64,000 nucleotides of DNA from the NCBI GenBank assembly GCA_965223845.1, contig CBDCXR010000004.1, positions 6,944,001 through 7,008,000 of the forward strand. Reading direction: 5' to 3'. Within the stretch, counting starts at the first letter, position 1; every line of letters starts with the position of its first letter. Below the pieces are notes generated by a model, which ran no database searches, was not told the origin of the DNA, and saw nothing but the letters and a program-made list of their open reading frames with translations. The position numbers and the translations under genes were made by a program. The stretch comes from Planctomycetota bacterium. Lineage in GTDB: Bacteria > Planctomycetota > UBA8108 > SXIK01. Of the stretch, positions 58,849-64,000 are shown in pieces.

Positions 58849-61701
58849 CTAGGGGCAGCTCGGGACCGGCAGACAGCTCAGCTCGTCCGCCGTCGGATCC
58901 GAGCCGCAACCCACCGTCGGAGCCGGTGGAGGATCGTTCTCCGCGAAGAGAAAATTGAGGAGGAAGATCGGGTCCGCAATATTGACGCGTCCGTCGTCGT
59001 TGACGTCGGCGGCATCCGCGCACCGCGCCGGCTCGCCTTGCGCGAAGAGCTCGTTCAGCGTCGCGATCGCATCGGCGACGTTTCGGCCGCCGTCGCTGTT
59101 TGCATCGCCGCGCCAGAACCTAGCCTGAGGACAATCCGATTCGAACGCACCGAGGTCCGCCCCGGCACCGCAGGGGCGAGCCACGCCGTCGATGTCTTCT
59201 GCCGGCGCGGTGTCGGGTGTCCCTGCGTCGATTGCGCGCGAGTCTTCACGGAGACGGTAGTCGCCGGGCTCGACAATGAAGTCGGGCATTTCGATGGCCT
59301 CGCCGGCGATCTCTACGACGGTTCGTCTCGTGGCGTCGAATACCCCGCTACGTACGAACCGGATGTCCGGAAGGACGAGTGAGCCCTCGATCGAGCTCGA
59401 TTGCGTCGAACCTTCGATCACCGACCCCGTCCAGTTTCCGTCGACGATGGCACCGATCGCGGTCGAATGAACGAAGGAAGTGCCCGGTGCGAAAACCGTC
59501 CACTCTCGATGCAGGCTGCCGACGACGAGGCAGTTCGTGAACACTGCGCCGTCTCGGGTGGCGACGTCACTCGCGACTCGGCCGGCCTCGCTGGAGTGGA
59601 GAATATCGTTTCCGATGATTCGGCAACGCCGAAACTCGGTCGTTGCCGATCCGGCAGAGAAGACTCCTCCCGACGGGCTCTCGAGCGTGGGAAAGCCGAC
59701 GAAGCGGCGGCCCGTCATGAGATTGCCTTCGACCGTGACGTCGACCACCCTACCGGCCGAATGAACTCCACCGCTGATCCCCGCGCCGCCGATGTCGGCT
59801 CGGTTGTGAACGACGAGGCATCGCGAGATGACGGGATCGTCGAGCGATCCGATGCTGATCCCGCCCGATCGCCCTCGCGTGATGGTCACGTCTTCGAGCG
59901 TCGTTCCACTGCGCAGTCCGAGTGCGCTCCCCACGAGGATCGTACTCCGCCGACCCGCGCCGGAGATGCTGACGCCATGCGCGAGCGTTTTGCTCGCGAG
60001 TGCGTACTCACCCGCCGCGACCGTGATCTGTCGCGTGTCGGTTCCGCGCTCTTCGGCGATGCCGAGGTCGGCTCCCATGTTTGCGCCGTCGAGGCCCGTG
60101 CCGATGCACGGAGATTCTGCCGTGAGCCGGAGATCGAACCCCGTGAGCGCATCTTCGAGCCGGCGGAACGGACGTTCGGGGGTCCCGTCTCCTCCTTCCG
60201 GGGCGTCCGCGTCGACGCTCACGCGATCGCTTGCCCATCCCGCAAAGAGCGGAGGCTCAGCGGTGTTGTTCGCGCCGAAGCTCGCGATCGGATGGCCGTT
60301 GAAGATGCCCGGTGAGACGCAGCTATGGGTCACGGTCGCTCCACCGAGCTCGCTGTAGATCGAAGCACCGCCATTGTCCCAAACGATCGAGCTCACGACG
60401 AAGAGCGGAGCCGAGCGGGTGAGAAACATGCCGCCGCCGTGGTACGCGGCGTTTCCCGCGATCGTCGACCCGACGATGGTGACGGCACCTTGACTCCCGA
60501 TCCCGCCACCCTCGAGTGATCCGTTTCCCGCGAAGACGCAGCCGTGGAGCTCCAATTCCCCCTCGTACTCGAGCGCGGCGCCTCCGCCGCGTACTCCCGC
60601 GCGGTTGTGCAGAAACTGGGTGTCGATGACATCGGCGATCGTCTGATAGTCGACGTGAAGGCCGCCGCCGACACCCGAGACCGAGTTGGCGACGAATTCC
60701 GATTCCTCGATCCTCGCGCGCGCTCTTCGCACGCGAATGCAGAGTCCACCTCCGGTGAGGTTCCCGTGGTTCCGTTCAAAGCGGCAAGCGCGTACGGTGA
60801 CGATCGGCGGCGGCTGATCCGGTCCGACGGCTCCCGACATGCTGAGTACGACGGCGCCTCCCCGATCTCCCGAACGGTTTTCCACGAAGGTCGAGTCATG
60901 GAGCTCGATCCACTCTCCGCGAAAGCGGATCGCGCCGCCGTCGTCGTGGGCGACGTTTCGGCTCATCGTCACGCCTTCGACCCTGAGCTGGGACAGCTCG
61001 ACGCCACCGATGCCCCCGCCATCGCCGGCGATGTTGTCATCGAAGCTCCCGTCGATCACCGTGACTCGACTGTCGTGACCGACGTAGAGGCCACCGCCGA
61101 TCGACGTATCTTTGCAGCAACCGCCGGGATTGAACTGAGCTCGATTGCGCGCGAACACGTTGTTGACGAATCGAGGTTGCGACTCGCGGGCGCAGTAGGC
61201 GCCGGCACCGAGGGCGCTTTCGTTCTCGACGATGTGGTTCCCTTCGATAAGAGGCGCCGCGATCGATCCACAGAAGATTCCACCGCCGAATCGTGCCGGG
61301 ACGTTTTGGAAGCTTCCTCCGATTCCCTTTCCGCCGGTCAGGGTGAACCCCCGGAGCGTCGCCTGCGGAGGTTCCGCCGCGTCGAAGACGATGACGCTCG
61401 CGTCGGACGGATCGGTCGGCTCCGCCATCGCTAGGACGGTCTCCGCCGGTCCGGACTCACTCTCGAGAACGACGCCCTTCCCGAGAAAGCGGATGGGCCG
61501 ACTGATCTCGTAACGTCCGGCGGCGACGAGGATGCGGTCGCCATCTTCAGCCGCATCGATCGCTTCGTGGATCGTACGGTGGTCGGCCGGAACGCGGCGG
61601 TCGACCGCCAGGGCGGACGAGGTCGCGATGCCGACGAGTAGCAGGGCCAAGGAGACTACGCGGAGCACCGGAAGTCGCTTGATCGAGCGAGGGGAATCCA
61701 T
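58849..61701 (-). CDS. Secreted right-handed beta-helix (GGA/GGG-N repeat) protein with C-terminal dockerin-like domain
   Basis: VPADHRTIHEAID, many N....GG repeats, DYRL..DSRAIDAG, DLGAFE, FWRGDANSDG. Confidence 0.85.
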   Translation of the reverse strand: MDSPRSIKRLPVLRVVSLALLLVGIATSSALAVDRRVPADHRTIHEAIDAAEDGDRILVAAGRYEISRPIRFLGKGVVLESESGPAETVLAMAEPTDPSDASVIVFDAAEPPQATLRGFTLTGGKGIGGSFQNVPARFGGGIFCGSIAAPLIEGNHIVENESALGAGAYCARESQPRFVNNVFARNRAQFNPGGCCKDTSIGGGLYVGHDSRVTVIDGSFDDNIAGDGGGIGGVELSQLRVEGVTMSRNVAHDDGGAIRFRGEWIELHDSTFVENRSGDRGGAVVLSMSGAVGPDQPPPIVTVRACRFERNHGNLTGGGLCIRVRRARARIEESEFVANSVSGVGGGLHVDYQTIADVIDTQFLHNRAGVRGGGAALEYEGELELHGCVFAGNGSLEGGGIGSQGAVTIVGSTIAGNAAYHGGGMFLTRSAPLFVVSSIVWDNGGASIYSELGGATVTHSCVSPGIFNGHPIASFGANNTAEPPLFAGWASDRVSVDADAPEGGDGTPERPFRRLEDALTGFDLRLTAESPCIGTGLDGANMGADLGIAEERGTDTRQITVAAGEYALASKTLAHGVSISGAGRRSTILVGSALGLRSGTTLEDVTITRGRSGGISIGSLDDPVISRCLVVHNRADIGGAGISGGVHSAGRVVDVTVEGNLMTGRRFVGFPTLESPSGGVFSAGSATTEFRRCRIIGNDILHSSEAGRVASDVATRDGAVFTNCLVVGSLHREWTVFAPGTSFVHSTAIGAIVDGNWTGSVIEGSTQSSSIEGSLVLPDIRFVRSGVFDATRRTVVEIAGEAIEMPDFIVEPGDYRLREDSRAIDAGTPDTAPAEDIDGVARPCGAGADLGAFESDCPQARFWRGDANSDGGRNVADAIATLNELFAQGEPARCADAADVNDDGRVNIADPIFLLNFLFAENDPPPAPTVGCGSDPTADELSCLPVPSCP

Positions 61702-61710
61702 GGTCTTAAC

Positions 61711-63999
61711 TCACAGACAGTTCGGAGATCGAGAACACGGGAGCGGATCATCCGTCGGATCCATTCCGCACGCTTCGGTCGGCTCCGGGGGCGCGCTTCC
61801 CGTCCCGAAGAGGAAATTGAGAAGATACACCGGGTCGGCGATGTTGACGCCGCCGTCGTCGTTCATGTCCGCCGCATCTGCACAACGCGCTGGGAACCCG
61901 TTCGCGAAGAGCTCGTTCAGAGTGGCGATCGCGTCGGCGACGTTGCGCTCTCCGTCGCTGTTCGAATCGCCGCGCCAAAACGGGGCCGAGGAGCAATCGG
62001 ATTCGTACGCGCCGAGATCCACGCCACCGCCGCAGGGCCGGGTGTTTCCGGCGATGTCCTCGGCCGGGGCTCCCTCGAGTCCGCCCGCGTTGATTCCGGG
62101 TGAGCCCGGCTGAAGGCGGTAGTCGCCCGGATCGACGACGTGATCGGGGAGCGCGAACTCCATTCCCCCGATCTCGACGGGATTGTGTCGGTCGAAATCG
62201 AATCCACCGGGGTGAACGAAGGCCGGTGAGTCCGTAGCGAGAGAAAACTGCCGGGTCACCCCGACCGCGATCGTTCCGTTGACGAGCGTATTGAGTAGGC
62301 GCCCGCCGCGGACGTGACCGACGACGGTGCAGTTGACCAACGACGGGCCCGCGTTGTCGAACGACCCCGTGATGACTTCGGTCGGTGGTGCACCGGCGAT
62401 GAGGCAGTTCTCGAACCGGACTCCGTCCGCCCCGACGACGCCGTGCGCGACCGGGGCTCCGGCGATCGGCGCGCCGAGTTGAACTCGATTGCCGACGATG
62501 TGACAGCGGGAAAACGTCGTCTGCGACCGAAAGGCCGCGACCCCCGCCGACGACAGAAAGAAGCGGTGGAAGTAACCCCAAAGGAGGTTGTTCTCGATGT
62601 GGCATTCGACCACGTTCCCTTCGGCGAAGTCGCCGCAGGTGACACCTCCGCCGCCGTAGCGAGCAAGGTTTTCGACGATGCGGCAGCCCTCGACGAGAGG
62701 ATCGTCGAAGGAGCCGATCGTCACGCCACCGGATGCACCGTGCGTCACGGTGACATTGTCGAGAACCTCGCCGTCCCGAAGTCCGAGCACGGAACCGAAC
62801 AGCGTCGTCGTGCGCGCATTCGCTCCTCGGAGCGAGACTCGATGGGCCAGAGCCCCGACACGCAGATCGTACTCTCCCGCCGCAAGGTGGACCGTGCGGC
62901 GCTGTGCCTTCATCGTCTCGGCGACGCCGACCCGCGCGCCGATGTTCTCGCCGTTCGGGCCGGTCCCGATGCACGGCGAGCCCGGGCCGAGGCGATGGCT
63001 GAAACCGCTGAGCGCGGACATGAGCCGACGATACGGCGCGCCAGCGGAACCATCGCCTCCGGCGTCGGCGGTGCCGTCGACGAAGACTTCGTCGCTCGTC
63101 CAGCCTTCGAATCGAGGAGGCGCGTATTGATTCGTCGGTCCGAAATCCTCATGCACGGCGAAGTCGAGAACGGTTGGAGAAATGCAGCTGTGCGTGATGT
63201 GCACCGCGGGTTGCCGACCGAAGATCGAGCCTCCGGCGTTCTCGTAAAGGATCGTGCCGGTGATCGAGACCGGTGCGCTGAAATCGAGGAACAAGCCCCC
63301 TCCGCGCGCGGCCGCGTTCCCCGCGATGGTCGACGACGAGACGAGTACGCCGCCGCCGGCGGAGATTCCTCCACCGGTCGTCGCTCGGTTGCCGCTCAAG
63401 AGACAGTTCGTGAGCGTTCCCGATGCTTCGTAGTCGATCAAAAGCCCTCCTCCGTTCGCACCCGCTCGATTGTGGAGGAACGTGCAACTGTCGATCTGTC
63501 CGCGCGTTTGGTAGTCGATGTGAAGGCCGCCGCCCATTCCCATCGTCGAGTTTCCGATGAACGTGCTCGCGACGACCTCCACCGCGCCGTTCGGTAGAAA
63601 GATCGAGACCGCTCCCCCCTCGTTCGCACTCGTGTTCCCCTCGAAGTGGCAGTCGCGGATCGTCGCCTCTTGCGGGGCCGGAGCCGGGATGACTCCGCCG
63701 GCGAACATGTTGAAGCGCATCGCTCCGCCGCGATCGTTCGAGCGATTCTCGCGAAACGTCGAACCGAGGAGGCGAATCTCGTCCCCGCGAAAGCGGATCG
63801 CCCCGCCGTCGTCGCTCGCGGTGTTGCGAATGAACTCAACGTCCTCGACGACGAGCTGGCAGAAAAGCTCCGTTCCGATCGCTGCGCCGTCGGCCGCTTC
63901 GTTCTCGACGAACTCCCCGCCATGGATGCTCACACGACTGTCGTGTTCGAGAGACAGCCCTCCACCGACCGACGCATCGAAGCAGTTGGGGCAGGGGGA
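61711..63999 (-). CDS. Paralogous secreted beta-helix protein with dockerin-like domain, 5'-truncated by window edge
   Basis: Same architecture as 58849..61701; frame open to the window end (PCPNCFDASVGGGL aligns with GCCKDTSIGGGL of the paralog). Confidence 0.85.
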   Translation of the reverse strand, partial: SPCPNCFDASVGGGLSLEHDSRVSIHGGEFVENEAADGAAIGTELFCQLVVEDVEFIRNTASDDGGAIRFRGDEIRLLGSTFRENRSNDRGGAMRFNMFAGGVIPAPAPQEATIRDCHFEGNTSANEGGAVSIFLPNGAVEVVASTFIGNSTMGMGGGLHIDYQTRGQIDSCTFLHNRAGANGGGLLIDYEASGTLTNCLLSGNRATTGGGISAGGGVLVSSSTIAGNAAARGGGLFLDFSAPVSITGTILYENAGGSIFGRQPAVHITHSCISPTVLDFAVHEDFGPTNQYAPPRFEGWTSDEVFVDGTADAGGDGSAGAPYRRLMSALSGFSHRLGPGSPCIGTGPNGENIGARVGVAETMKAQRRTVHLAAGEYDLRVGALAHRVSLRGANARTTTLFGSVLGLRDGEVLDNVTVTHGASGGVTIGSFDDPLVEGCRIVENLARYGGGGVTCGDFAEGNVVECHIENNLLWGYFHRFFLSSAGVAAFRSQTTFSRCHIVGNRVQLGAPIAGAPVAHGVVGADGVRFENCLIAGAPPTEVITGSFDNAGPSLVNCTVVGHVRGGRLLNTLVNGTIAVGVTRQFSLATDSPAFVHPGGFDFDRHNPVEIGGMEFALPDHVVDPGDYRLQPGSPGINAGGLEGAPAEDIAGNTRPCGGGVDLGAYESDCSSAPFWRGDSNSDGERNVADAIATLNELFANGFPARCADAADMNDDGGVNIADPVYLLNFLFGTGSAPPEPTEACGMDPTDDPLPCSRSPNCL

Positions 64000-64000
64000 A

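Overview
GC-rich bacterial chromosomal segment with about 40 real CDSs. It is most likely from an uncultured Planctomycetota; this is inferred from the ECF sigma/Ser-Thr kinase pair, the planctomycete-type C-terminal dockerin-like domains, the sulfatase, the PQQ-like propeller protein and the PVC-type Tsr3/DTW protein. No rRNA, tRNA, CRISPR array, integrase or transposase was found. Metabolic genes: pgi, korA/korB, rhaA, a xylulokinase, ArnT-like, GntP, AI-2E and Nramp-like transporters, a BamA-family protein and an OprO/P porin. Points of interest: (i) an ECF sigma coupled to a cytoplasmic kinase-STAND-TPR protein, with a divergently transcribed secreted dockerin protein; (ii) four unrelated or paralogous secreted proteins sharing a dockerin-like C-terminal tag; (iii) a Tsr3/DTW-like acp-transferase and an HTH gene followed by a 47-bp palindrome and a 3x131-bp hairpin-rich tandem array; (iv) a MoxR-like AAA+ ATPase coupled to an uncharacterised TraB/ChaN-like protein; (v) korAB flanked by two CBS proteins, with a long structured purine-rich region upstream of korA. 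All calls come from motif recognition by eye; no searches were run and start codons were chosen manually.
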